NCBI GenBank assembly: GCA_965216565.1
Contig: OZ244170.1
Coordinates: forward strand, 4,736,001 to 4,800,000
DNA: 64,000 nt
Source: Bythopirellula sp.
Lineage (GTDB): Bacteria; Planctomycetota; Planctomycetia; Pirellulales; Lacipirellulaceae
Reading direction: 5' to 3'
Positions 1-9,320 of this stretch are shown here, in pieces. Position numbers and translations under genes: made by a program. Numbering within the stretch: position 1 is the stretch's first letter; every line of letters starts with the position of its first letter. Below the pieces are notes generated by a model, which did not search any database, was not told where the DNA came from, and saw only the letters and a program-made list of their open reading frames with translations.

Positions 1-743
1 GAACGTCGTCGCACGCTGCGAGTTTTGCCCGCAGACGTCTTAGTGACGACCCAGTGACAACAGTTTCGCCAATTGGGGTACCATCTACCAGCGACGGTCG
101 ACTTGAATAGGTGTGAGCCGTCGGGCATTAAGCAAGCCCTCATCGTAAGAAGATTGTCCCCGTTCCGCTAGGTACTGGAGCAGAATTGGGGGCAAAAACG
201 AGGGTCGCAGAAGGTGAATTCTGCATTGGAGGCTGACTGATGCGCCGGCCAAAATCGGTGTTCAGGTCGGAGACTCTACCGAAAACAGTCCGGTTAGGCC
301 GACCTGAGCTTAGTTTTCCGCCAATCGTGTCCAGAGGCCCAGAAGGAAGCAGGACTCTCAACCCTATCAGCGAATTGCAATCCTGGTGCCGTTTTTCCGC
401 ACTATCCGACGCGTAGCAACGTAAACTATTAGCGTGCATGAGTTTGTGCTCAGAAAAGTCCCAGCAACGATAGCGCACTGATTAGGGACCACTGCCTGAG
501 TTCCACGCATGGTCTGCTGACGCGACAGGCACGGCGGCTGTACTTCGACGTCGCTGAACATTGGTGTATGGTACAGGCAACAGCAGGAAGAGTTTCCGGA
601 GAAGTTAACGGCTTGGGGAACGAAGTTGGCAGAGAAACATCGCAAATCGGACTTGGAAATGTGCATTCTAGAGAGGCAAATCTCGGTGATCTCCCCGTTT
701 TCTCTACTTACGGTTGGCAAGGTTTGATTCCGGACTGCACACG

Positions 744-1724
744 ATGCCCAGCAAGCTGAAATTTATCCCCACGGCAACAACGTTTAAGCTGCTCGATCCG
801 CTCGGCGTGGGAACGGTCGGGACCGTGTATCGCGCCGAAAGTCCGGATCTCTCCGAACAAGTTGCGGTGAAGTTACTTCATCCGACGATCGCGCACGACG
901 AGAACATCGTTGAACGATTTCAGCGCGAAATCGTCATCATGGAACGGCTAAACCATCCGCATATCGTCCGTAACTATGGCGGCGGATTGATGGATGGTCA
1001 GTACTTCTATGCCATGGAGTTGCTAGGCCAAGGGTCGCTCAAGGAACGCATCAAACAACATGGGCCGCTACCATGGCCGCAAGCCGCCCTCTACGCAGCC
1101 CAAATTGCATCGGCCCTGCAGCACGCACACAATCATGGAATCATTCATCGCGATCTGAAAGCCAGCAATCTGTTCTTTGGAAAAGAAGGTCGTTTGATCT
1201 TAGGAGACTTCGGCATCGCGCGTGATACTCACGAAGCGGACGTCACGGGCGACGGCATCACGGTGGGCACCTATGCCTATATGTCACCCGAACAAATCTG
1301 TGCCGACAAAGACATTACCGGCCAGGCCGACTTGTATTCGTTAGGCTGTGTGATCTACGAGATGCTCACGGGCAAGCCGCCGTTTATGGGAGCGAATTTC
1401 GCTCAGATTTGGGATCAGCATCTTCACAGCCAACCGAAGAGCCTCAAGGAAAAGGCACCCGACTGCCCGCAGTGGCTGGAAGACCTGGTGATGAAGCTAT
1501 TGGAGAAAAAGCCCGAGCAACGTCCCTTCAACGCGCGGGCAGTTCAAGGCGAGATCAAAGAACATCTGATTGACGAGTTTGGACCCGACTTGGACAAACT
1601 CACGCAGGAATTGCCCCCATTGGAAGATGTGGCAGAGAAACCTCAATTCAACGTAAAACGCCTAGCGATCGGGCTCGCAGTGATCGCTGCGATTATCGCG
1701 GCGGTGGTGATGATGGATCGGTAA
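744..1724 (+). CDS. Ser/Thr protein kinase (Hanks type) with C-terminal membrane anchor
   Basis: GVGTVG loop, VAVK, HRDLKASN, DFG, GTYAYMSPEQ; hydrophobic C-terminus; ATG 744 preferred over track start 714. Confidence 0.93.
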   Translation: MPSKLKFIPTATTFKLLDPLGVGTVGTVYRAESPDLSEQVAVKLLHPTIAHDENIVERFQREIVIMERLNHPHIVRNYGGGLMDGQYFYAMELLGQGSLKERIKQHGPLPWPQAALYAAQIASALQHAHNHGIIHRDLKASNLFFGKEGRLILGDFGIARDTHEADVTGDGITVGTYAYMSPEQICADKDITGQADLYSLGCVIYEMLTGKPPFMGANFAQIWDQHLHSQPKSLKEKAPDCPQWLEDLVMKLLEKKPEQRPFNARAVQGEIKEHLIDEFGPDLDKLTQELPPLEDVAEKPQFNVKRLAIGLAVIAAIIAAVVMMDR

Positions 1725-1842
1725 ACCATCTTTCGAGGTGTCCAGATTCGAAAAGATGCGCAGTCGCTCGAAGTCGCCGAGGAGTTTCACTTCGTCGCTG
1801 TTCTCTGCAGACATCAATCCCAAGAAAGCGAAGCACCTAAGG

Positions 1843-1929
1843 CCCCCTCTCCCAGGAATTGTCATCCGACTGTACTCTACCAGGAGAATTTGATGCCTCG
1901 ATAGATTTGGGAGAGGGCTGGGGTGAGGG
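1843..1929. repeat. REP-like palindromic element (CCCTCACCCCnnCCCTCTCC family)
   Basis: ccccctctccc (1843-1853) pairs with gggagaggg within gggagagggctggggtgaggg (1909-1929); related copies at 21660 and 54706. Confidence 0.55.
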
Positions 1930-2058
1930 AGCCATCTCACAGCCTGCAATCGCTATGCAATTCGATCGCGACGAAGCGAGCCTGGCTGGGTGCCGTGGTC
2001 ACGCCGAACGGTATTGTATTTTTGAAAAGCCCGCGGCATGACGCCTGGCTGACGGATC

Positions 2059-3000
2059 TCAGTTGACGCTGGCCGCCGTTTCGCCGCCGTTCATGGTGCC
2101 TAACGCTTGGTAAATGCGGAGGTCGATGTCTTCGCTCACCGTGTGGACGCTGCCGTCGCAGAGTAAGAATTGTGATAGCCCAGCGTGGGAAGCGGAGACG
2201 TCGCGGTCGTCGCTGTCCGAGGCGTTGGGAGTGTGCCCCGTTTGGAACAACACCATGTGGCCATGGTCGTCGGTCGATTCGTCGATGTCGCGGACTGCGC
2301 CGATCCAGGTGGTTTCATATTCCGTGTGGCTGCCGTTGACTCCAGCGGTGCGGAAGGGTCCGTTTTGCCGCTCGCCGACCATCAGTGTTTGCGACGTGCC
2401 GTCGGTAATCTCCGACAGCTTGGTTTGGCTATTGCGATAGAACGGTCCCCACGGGCCCTCATAGGTACCTAGTCCGGGAGCGACTTCGAGGCTTTCGCCG
2501 GCTTGGACTTGATCTAGGTCGAGATCGGGCACGCCGAAGTTGGCGACATAACATGCCATTGCGTAGCTTTCGTCTCCCATCTCGACAAAGCCGGTGGGCG
2601 AGACATCGTCGGTGGGACAGAGCAGTGTGCTGATGTGCTCGGCACGTACAATTTCGTTGATCGGGTCGTAAATTGGCTTGTTGAAGTCGATTCGATCGTA
2701 GAGATTACCGAGCTCCATGAACGGAAGAATCCGGGCACCCCAGGAATAGCCAAGTTGGTTACCCTCGCTGCCCAATTCGTACTCGTAGCCGGGTGGGAGT
2801 GATTTGAACGAAATTTCGTAATTGTGCATCGCCACGCCAACCTGCTTCAGATTGTTCTTGCAGGTATTGCGACGGGCGGCCTCGCGAGCAGATTGCACGG
2901 CCGGGAGCAGCAGGGCCACCAACACGCCAATGATGGCGATCACTACCAACAACTCGACCAGCGTAAAGCCACGATTTTTACTGGGGGGGAGATTCTTCAT
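2059..3000 (-). CDS. DUF1559 / prepilin-type N-methylation domain protein
   Basis: GFTLVELLVVIAIIGVLVALLLPAVQSAREAARR..C.NNLKQ; ITDGTSQT..VGE; H-x9-DG motif (SHAGLSQFLLCDGSV); start set at ATG 3000. Confidence 0.93.
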   Translation of the reverse strand: MKNLPPSKNRGFTLVELLVVIAIIGVLVALLLPAVQSAREAARRNTCKNNLKQVGVAMHNYEISFKSLPPGYEYELGSEGNQLGYSWGARILPFMELGNLYDRIDFNKPIYDPINEIVRAEHISTLLCPTDDVSPTGFVEMGDESYAMACYVANFGVPDLDLDQVQAGESLEVAPGLGTYEGPWGPFYRNSQTKLSEITDGTSQTLMVGERQNGPFRTAGVNGSHTEYETTWIGAVRDIDESTDDHGHMVLFQTGHTPNASDSDDRDVSASHAGLSQFLLCDGSVHTVSEDIDLRIYQALGTMNGGETAASVN

Positions 3001-3235
3001 CTTGTTCCTGGGATGCCTCCTCGGGATGGCTATGTTCGTGTCCGTGGCCGGTGAATTCGTCGTCTTGATGCTCGTGTTCGTGCGAAACGTCCACACTGTG
3101 CACGTGATAATGCTCGTGCGAGTCTTCAAGCATGACCGAATCGTCGCTGCCACGCTTGTGGTCTTGGGGATCGGTTTTGCTACATCCTATTACGAAGAGA
3201 AATGAAGCGGCGATGCAAAATTTCGGCCAATACAT
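2978..3235 (-). CDS. Small His-rich lipoprotein, putative metal binding
   Basis: AGGAG RBS, lipobox-like FVIG-C, 12 His in 85 aa mostly as HxHxH runs; overlaps the DUF1559 start. Confidence 0.7.
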   Translation of the reverse strand: MYWPKFCIAASFLFVIGCSKTDPQDHKRGSDDSVMLEDSHEHYHVHSVDVSHEHEHQDDEFTGHGHEHSHPEEASQEQDEESPPQ

Positions 3236-3413
3236 ACAAGTTACTCCTGCTCAGAAGAGACTTCTGTGCAATGGCTTACAAGCCATAGTTACACCATCAG
3301 GCCACAAGACAACCCTGTCATATTATCAATTTGGTGCCAGCACGTCTGCTGTCGACAATCTTCCGAGTCTCAATAGACGTTCTCTGCGGCCCGAAACCCG
3401 ATATAAATAGTGC

Positions 3414-4073
3414 ATGGGAGAATACGAGTTTCGAGACAATTTGGTCACGCTGGCGACATTCCAATCTGCCACCGAAGCGATGATGCTAAAATCTCGCCTA
3501 GAGGTCGATGGAATTGCCGCCCAGGTCGATGGCGACGTAGCAGCCACCGCTCTCAATCACATCGGGGCAGGGTTGGTCAGTACACGCGTGGTCGTGCGGC
3601 AGGGAGATTTGACTCGGGCCCGAGAGGTGCTCGAGAATATCCGCCCACTCAGCGAAGACGAAGCGTTACCCGACCACGGCGGAGAGGACTATTCAGAAGA
3701 TTTAGGGTATGACACCGACGAGGACTACTATGCCGACGACTGGTCGGGAGAAGACTGGGCAGATGACGAGGAGGACGATGATGAATGGGAAGAAGATGGC
3801 TGGGAAGAAAACGACGAACCTTACAGCGAAGAACCCCACGTCACACCGCCGGTGAAGCGCGCCTTTCGGGCCGCGGTGATTGGGGCCTTTCTATTGCCAC
3901 CCCTGCTTACGATCTATTCGCTGGCAATCATCTTTCGGCATCGGCTCTGGGAACCGGCCGAGGGCGAGGACGACGTCGACTGGCGAGTGTATGCCAGCTT
4001 TTTGTTTCACATCATTGGTTTGCTCTTTGCTTGGTGGTTGTTTGGCTCGCCCAAATCTTGGCTAGAAAATTAG
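3414..4073 (+). CDS. DUF2007-like signal-transducing domain protein with acidic linker and two TM helices
   Basis: LVTLATF..ATEAMMLKSRLEVDGI N-terminal pattern; D/E/W-rich middle; hydrophobic C-terminus. Confidence 0.65.
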   Translation: MGEYEFRDNLVTLATFQSATEAMMLKSRLEVDGIAAQVDGDVAATALNHIGAGLVSTRVVVRQGDLTRAREVLENIRPLSEDEALPDHGGEDYSEDLGYDTDEDYYADDWSGEDWADDEEDDDEWEEDGWEENDEPYSEEPHVTPPVKRAFRAAVIGAFLLPPLLTIYSLAIIFRHRLWEPAEGEDDVDWRVYASFLFHIIGLLFAWWLFGSPKSWLEN

Positions 4074-4161
4074 CCGTGGTGGTATCGGCTGAAATCTAGC
4101 CGGCTCGCCAATTCTAGAACCTCTGCTTGCTATCGCGATCGGAGGGCCTTAGGTTTGTGTC

Positions 4162-5478
4162 ATGCCGGGCCGGAGATCTCAACGCCGCAAGCTGATGAAT
4201 CGCTTCTATCTGAATGGGGCGCTCTGGGGACTCGGCAATGGGTTGGTGAGTTCGGCACTGATCGTTTATCTGGCAACGTCTTATGGTGTGCAGCGAGGAT
4301 TCTACACCAGTTTGATTATTGCGGCCCCTCGATTCGTGGGCGTACTGCGCCTGGGCACTCCGCTGTGGATTGCGAGGGTTGGCAACACACAAAGATTTTG
4401 CGTTGCCAGTTTCCTAGCAGCCAGCGCTATTCTTCTATTGCTCCCTGTCGCTACGGTACCAGGTACGCTACCAAGCGTGCGCATGTCTCTGATAACGCTG
4501 GTGACTTTGTGGACGCTGTATCACTTGGCGGAGTATTTTGGCATCGTGTCCCTGTGGGCTTGGATAGGGCAGGCTGTGCCCGGGGCGATTCGAGGTCGGT
4601 TTATCGGTCGGCGTTTGGCATTCTTAAACGCTTGCCAAGTGGTGAGCATGGTTCTCAGCGGTTGGGGAAACATCGAGTGGCGAGAGTACTGTAACGAGGC
4701 TGGACGTCCCGATGACTATTGGTATGGCTATGTTTTTTGCATCAGCTTAGGCGCATTGCTACTGGCGTGTGCTGTGTGGCCCTTAGCGAAGGCACCCGCT
4801 TTCGCGATCAAGCCGGCAACGGCGCGGGTTTCGGTTGCCATTCGTAGTATTTTTGCACCCTACGCGGACCGAGCGTATTGGCGGTTTCTTATCTATGGCG
4901 CGTGGTTTTCTTTGTCGAATGGACTCCCGTACACGGCTACCTTGTTGTACCGCATTCAAATATTAAATATCCCTTACGGCGTGCATCTCGCTATGGATGG
5001 CACGTCGCAAGGTGTACAGTCTGCAGTGATGCCGTGGGCTGGCAAGTCATTGGACCGTTGGGGTGGCGTGCCGGTGCTGACGATTTCGCAAATTTTGGTG
5101 GCGTTGAGCATGGTGTTTTTTCTGCTTGCCACGCCGGAGGCCAGATGGTGGATCGTGGGGGCCTATGTCATGTGGATCGCTTATGCCGGCGTCAACACTG
5201 CGATGCCCAAGCTGATGCTGGCGTTCAGTCCCAAAGGCCAGTACGCGGCCTACTCTGCCGCGTGGTTTGCTTGGCTGGAATTGATCTATGGGATGACAAC
5301 TTTGGTAGGGGGATTGTTGTACGACTCGATGAAGGAAAATTTCGCGCCAATCAGCATTGGATCTTGGGAGATCGACCACTTTGCAGCCCTGTTTCTTTTG
5401 GGGCTGTTCTTGCGACTGACTGCTGGCTTGTGGGCAAGCCTGATCCGAGAGCCGCAGCAGGTTGGCTCTGCTTCGTAG
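4162..5478 (+). CDS. MFS-type transporter
   Basis: About 12 hydrophobic segments; RGRFIGRR and GKSLDRWG loop motifs. Confidence 0.75.
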   Translation: MPGRRSQRRKLMNRFYLNGALWGLGNGLVSSALIVYLATSYGVQRGFYTSLIIAAPRFVGVLRLGTPLWIARVGNTQRFCVASFLAASAILLLLPVATVPGTLPSVRMSLITLVTLWTLYHLAEYFGIVSLWAWIGQAVPGAIRGRFIGRRLAFLNACQVVSMVLSGWGNIEWREYCNEAGRPDDYWYGYVFCISLGALLLACAVWPLAKAPAFAIKPATARVSVAIRSIFAPYADRAYWRFLIYGAWFSLSNGLPYTATLLYRIQILNIPYGVHLAMDGTSQGVQSAVMPWAGKSLDRWGGVPVLTISQILVALSMVFFLLATPEARWWIVGAYVMWIAYAGVNTAMPKLMLAFSPKGQYAAYSAAWFAWLELIYGMTTLVGGLLYDSMKENFAPISIGSWEIDHFAALFLLGLFLRLTAGLWASLIREPQQVGSAS

Positions 5479-5602
5479 GCTCACATCCTGTAAAAAGCGG
5501 GTTTCCACTAGCAGTTGGCCCCTTTCATCCTTACCGGGACAAGTATAATGAGGGTTTTCCGTCAACAAAAAATGGCGTTCAGCCAGTTTGCTACCTTTTC
5601 CC

Positions 5603-7336
5603 ATGGCTCACTCTGTCACGAATCGAATTCTCGTTCTAATCACCTTGGTGTGTTGTGGGCTTTTGCAACTTGGTTGCGAGCGTTCGATGGCACCCTCGGC
5701 AGCTCAAGCAGAAGCTCCTCCGAGTAGAACTGATTCGAGTAAAACTGAAACGAGTAGAACTGAACCGATCGTAACTGCATCAAAGCCTGCGATCGATCAT
5801 GCCGGCGTTGCCAAATCAAAGATACGCAATGTGATTGTGATCGTCGGCGATGGCATGGGCCCCCAGCAGCTAGGGCTGTTGTTTGCTTACTCGCATCTAG
5901 CCCCCAACTCTGTGGTAGCCGACCGTACTCCAGCCGTGGAGTTGCTCAGCCAAGATAGCACGATTGGTTTGGTGCGCACCGAGCCTTATGGAGGCATCGT
6001 GGTCGACTCGGCCGCCTCCGCAACTCAATTGGCCACAGGCGAGATGGCGGGATCGGAAATGATCGGTGCCAACTACAACGGCGACGCCGTGCCAACTGTG
6101 TTAGAGATTGCCAAAGAGTCTGGCAAAGCGACGGGACTGGTCTCCGATACGCGGATCACCCATGCCACCCCCGCCTCGTTCGCCGCGCATCAGCCACATA
6201 GGACGCGGGAAAATGAAATTGCAGTCGACATGCTCGAAAACCGAGTCGATGTGATGCTCAGTGGTGGGCTCAGAAATTGGGTGCCGGAGCTAGTGAACGA
6301 AGACAAGTCACCGACGCAAATGTCGATCATTCAAATGATCGGCGGAGCCTTTCGTCCCTCTTCCAAGCGGCAAGACAATCGCAATCTCCTCCTGGAAGCC
6401 CGCGAAGATTACCAATTGGCGTTCGACCGCGACCAGCTTGAGAAAGTTAAGGAAGGCCGTCTGCTGGGACTGTTTGCCGACTCGGCCATGGACGATGCAA
6501 TCTCCGTGCGAGACATTGCTGATGAAGATCGCAAGGAACCCACTCTAGCGGAGATGACTTCCAAGGCATTGGAATTACTTTCTCAGGATCCGGACGGGTT
6601 TTTCCTGATGGTTGAGTCGGGGCAAATCGACTGGTGCGGCCACAACAACGACGCTGGTAGTATGCTACAGGAACTCTTGCGGCTTGATGCCGCAGTGCGG
6701 GTGATTTACGAGTGGGCCAAAGATCGCGACGACACGGTAGTCGTGTTGACTGCCGACCACGAGACGGGGTCGTTTGGTTTTAGTTACTCAGGTTCCCCAC
6801 TGCCTGAGCCCGCCGATAAGGAAGGCCAGCTGTTTAGCGATAGCCAATTTCAACCACAGTTTAACTTCGCGGATCCTATTGTCCTCGATCAACTGTACGA
6901 CCAGCGTCGCAGTTACTTCAAAATCTTCTTAGAGTTTGATTCTCTCAGAGAAGAAGAAAAGACACCCGAGAAGCTGTTGGAAATAGTCAATGCGGGAATT
7001 GCACCGTTTACGATCACTCTTGAGGATGCCAAGCTGCTGTTAGAACGAGTGGCCAATAAACAGTATGCGGAGGGTCACAGCTATCTGGGCACAGAAACGT
7101 TGCCCTTAATTCCCGGTCAGGAATCATTCTACGTCTACGGCGAAAATATTCGCATGAATCATCTGGGCCACATCATTGGCTCGCAGCAGAATGTCGTTTG
7201 GGGAACGGGGACGCATACGAATACACCAGTCGTTTTAATTGCGAATGGGCCTTCCAGGGCAACGAAGCGATTCTCTGGCCTCATGCACATGACCGACGTC
7301 GGCAAAGCATTGATATCGCTGGTACGCGGCGAGTAA
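5603..7336 (+). CDS. phoA: Alkaline phosphatase (PhoA family), probable lipoprotein
   Basis: IVGDGMG, VDSAASAT (catalytic Ser), THATPA, ESGQIDWCGH, TADHETG, GTHT motifs; LQLG-C lipobox. Confidence 0.92.
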   Translation: MAHSVTNRILVLITLVCCGLLQLGCERSMAPSAAQAEAPPSRTDSSKTETSRTEPIVTASKPAIDHAGVAKSKIRNVIVIVGDGMGPQQLGLLFAYSHLAPNSVVADRTPAVELLSQDSTIGLVRTEPYGGIVVDSAASATQLATGEMAGSEMIGANYNGDAVPTVLEIAKESGKATGLVSDTRITHATPASFAAHQPHRTRENEIAVDMLENRVDVMLSGGLRNWVPELVNEDKSPTQMSIIQMIGGAFRPSSKRQDNRNLLLEAREDYQLAFDRDQLEKVKEGRLLGLFADSAMDDAISVRDIADEDRKEPTLAEMTSKALELLSQDPDGFFLMVESGQIDWCGHNNDAGSMLQELLRLDAAVRVIYEWAKDRDDTVVVLTADHETGSFGFSYSGSPLPEPADKEGQLFSDSQFQPQFNFADPIVLDQLYDQRRSYFKIFLEFDSLREEEKTPEKLLEIVNAGIAPFTITLEDAKLLLERVANKQYAEGHSYLGTETLPLIPGQESFYVYGENIRMNHLGHIIGSQQNVVWGTGTHTNTPVVLIANGPSRATKRFSGLMHMTDVGKALISLVRGE

Positions 7337-7370
7337 AAAGCCTTTCCCGCTAGAGTCAGAGCATGCAGGC

Positions 7371-7399
7371 GTGGCACTCTTTTCCGCATGGCGTATAAT
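7371..7399 (+). promoter_or_regulatory. Putative sigma70 promoter for the small ORF/nucleotidyltransferase pair
   Basis: GTGGCA-17 nt-TATAAT, 47 nt upstream of ATG 7446. Confidence 0.45.
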
Positions 7400-7445
7400 T
7401 AAAAGTCACCAGCACCCCAACCTTTTCTAGCCCGTCATTGATGCA

Positions 7446-7607
7446 ATGCCAACGTTTGGTCCAGACCCAGTAGTCGAAGTTTATAAACGCGATGTTGACC
7501 GATCGTTATTGCGTGAGAACCTACGCATGACGATCGAGGAGAGGATTAGACAACACGACCGCATTGCACGAATGGCTGCTGAATTGCAAAAGGCGAAGTC
7601 TAAGTGA
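7446..7607 (+). CDS. 53-aa protein, putative antitoxin/partner (below ORF-track cutoff)
   Basis: Read by hand: MPTFGPDPVVEVYKRDVDRSLLRENLRMTIEERIRQHDRIARMAAELQKAKSK; its TGA overlaps the next GTG start (GTGA). Confidence 0.7.
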   Translation: MPTFGPDPVVEVYKRDVDRSLLRENLRMTIEERIRQHDRIARMAAELQKAKSK

Positions 7608-8107
7608 GTAACGAGTCTTCTAGCAGAATTGTGGGGCTCTTAGAAACACTGTTGCAGTCTGAAGTAGAGTTCATTCTTGTAGGTGGTGTCGCAGCGATTG
7701 TGCATGGTTCAGCGCGTTTGACTTTTGATATCGATCTAGTTTATCGTCGTTCTCACGAAAATAACCAGCGGCTCGTAACTGCTCTGAAAGATCTACAGCC
7801 CTATTTGCGTGGCGCACCAGCAGGACTGCCTTTTCGATGGGACCTTGAGACAATCGAACGTGGTTTGAACTTTACTCTTTCAACAAGTTTGGGCCCACTC
7901 GATCTATTGGCAGAAATTCCTGGTGGCAACTATAAGGTGCTGTTGCCTCATTCTGAAGAAATCGAAATCTACGGATTAAATTGCTATTGCCTCAGTCTGG
8001 AAAAACTAATTGAGGTGAAGCGAGCAGCTGGTCGTCCGAAGGACTTGGAAACAATTGCCGAACTTGAAGCTCTGCTTGAAGAGCGGGACAATTCCTATGA
8101 AGAATAG
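7604..8107 (+). CDS. Pol-beta superfamily nucleotidyltransferase (DUF6036/AbiEii-like)
   Basis: FILVGGVAAIVHGSARLTFDIDL (GG..A..HG..R.T.D.D) and LIEVKRAAGRPKD motifs. Confidence 0.8.
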   Translation: MSNESSSRIVGLLETLLQSEVEFILVGGVAAIVHGSARLTFDIDLVYRRSHENNQRLVTALKDLQPYLRGAPAGLPFRWDLETIERGLNFTLSTSLGPLDLLAEIPGGNYKVLLPHSEEIEIYGLNCYCLSLEKLIEVKRAAGRPKDLETIAELEALLEERDNSYEE

Positions 8108-8146
8108 GGATAAATACCGAGGATTGTGAAGCGGTTTTAGGAATCA

Positions 8147-8227
8147 ATGCGCCGAACGCACTAGCGTAGGCTAGTATCGGAGTGATACCTAGACTTACGC
8201 TACTCGCGGCTAGCGCCGTCGGCTCAC
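8147..8227. repeat. Imperfect inverted REP-like pair (GGCGCTA(A)GCCGCG core)
   Basis: atgcgccgaacgcactagcgtaggctag versus reverse complement gtgagccgacggcgctagccgcgagtag; similar core at 20323-20337 and near 113-133. Confidence 0.5.
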
Positions 8228-8401
8228 GCAGAACGTTTTTTGATTTTTGAAACAAGTGCTAGTTAGAATGAGATGATACAGTTGGCTTCACTACGAAGTT
8301 CGTACGCAAGTCCGGAACTAATGTGCTACGGCGGTGTTCAATAGTTATCCCAGCCCGTATCTGGGAAACATCCGACGTTTTTCAACGAGGGAACTATACC
8401 G

Positions 8402-9226
8402 ATGCTTTTTCGCCTACTAATCCTGTTTGTGGTTGTTTCATTATGGTCTGGGCTAGCTGATGCCCAACCCCCAGAATTCGAGCCCGGAGACAGCTTCGAC
8501 ACAGAGAGCGATTTGGGGTTAGAACGCGGACCACGCGAGGGCGAAGAACGCGATAGAAATGGCCGACGGGGTCCGCCGCCCAATCCTATGTTCGAGGCAA
8601 TTGATGCCGATGGCGATGGTGTTTTAACAAAAAGAGAGCTGCGTAAAGCCGCGGCCGCACTCAAAACCCTTGATGCCGATGGTGATGGAAATGTCACCAT
8701 GCAAGAGGTGACTCCTCCGCGAGGTCCCAGGCGTGGCGGACCGGGTGGACCGGGTGAAGATCCAGCCGAGGCAATTGAGAGAATTATGCAACACGATGCC
8801 GACGGAGACGGCCTGCTGACCGTTAAGGAAGTACCAGAGCATGTGGCGAGAATGCTCTCTGGTGCCGACACCAATGGCGATGGCGCGATTAATCGGCAAG
8901 AACTTACTCAAGCCTTGGAGAACAACCGTGAGCAGTTTCGTGGTCGAGGACGGCAAGGTGGCAATGGTGGAGCTGGTGGTCCGTTGGGTCGGGGTGGCTT
9001 TGGAAATGACGATCAGGACACCTTGCTCAAGCAATTGATGGCGGGCGATCAAGACAATGATGGCCGTCTCTCTCCCCAAGAAGTTCCAGAGCGAATGATG
9101 GGTATGTTGCGCGGAGCAGACAAAAACGGAGACGGCAAGCTCGACGCTGGAGAAGTCCGCAAGGCGATGATCAAAGCCCGAGAACGGCGTCTGAAATTGC
9201 GAGATCGTTTCGGCGGTCAGGAGTAG
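8402..9226 (+). CDS. Secreted EF-hand calcium-binding protein
   Basis: Signal peptide (ADA-Q); six DxDxDG..E-type loops (e.g. DADGDGVLTKRE, DTNGDGAINRQE, DKNGDGKLDAGE). Confidence 0.88.
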   Translation: MLFRLLILFVVVSLWSGLADAQPPEFEPGDSFDTESDLGLERGPREGEERDRNGRRGPPPNPMFEAIDADGDGVLTKRELRKAAAALKTLDADGDGNVTMQEVTPPRGPRRGGPGGPGEDPAEAIERIMQHDADGDGLLTVKEVPEHVARMLSGADTNGDGAINRQELTQALENNREQFRGRGRQGGNGGAGGPLGRGGFGNDDQDTLLKQLMAGDQDNDGRLSPQEVPERMMGMLRGADKNGDGKLDAGEVRKAMIKARERRLKLRDRFGGQE

Positions 9227-9320
9227 AGAGAGTTGAGCAGTAGGTGACCCAAGTCTCTCACTCTGGATTCTTAACTTTCAGCTCACGCCAATGATTGCGG
9301 TGTTGGATTTTCGTCTGGCA

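Noticed and set aside
1..713. ORFs 140-478, 367-720 and 568-759
   Set aside because: No recognisable motifs or RBS, and they overlap each other; left unannotated
7372..7388. sigma54 promoter before the TA-like pair
   Set aside because: GG-to-GC spacing is off by one; a sigma70 reading fits better
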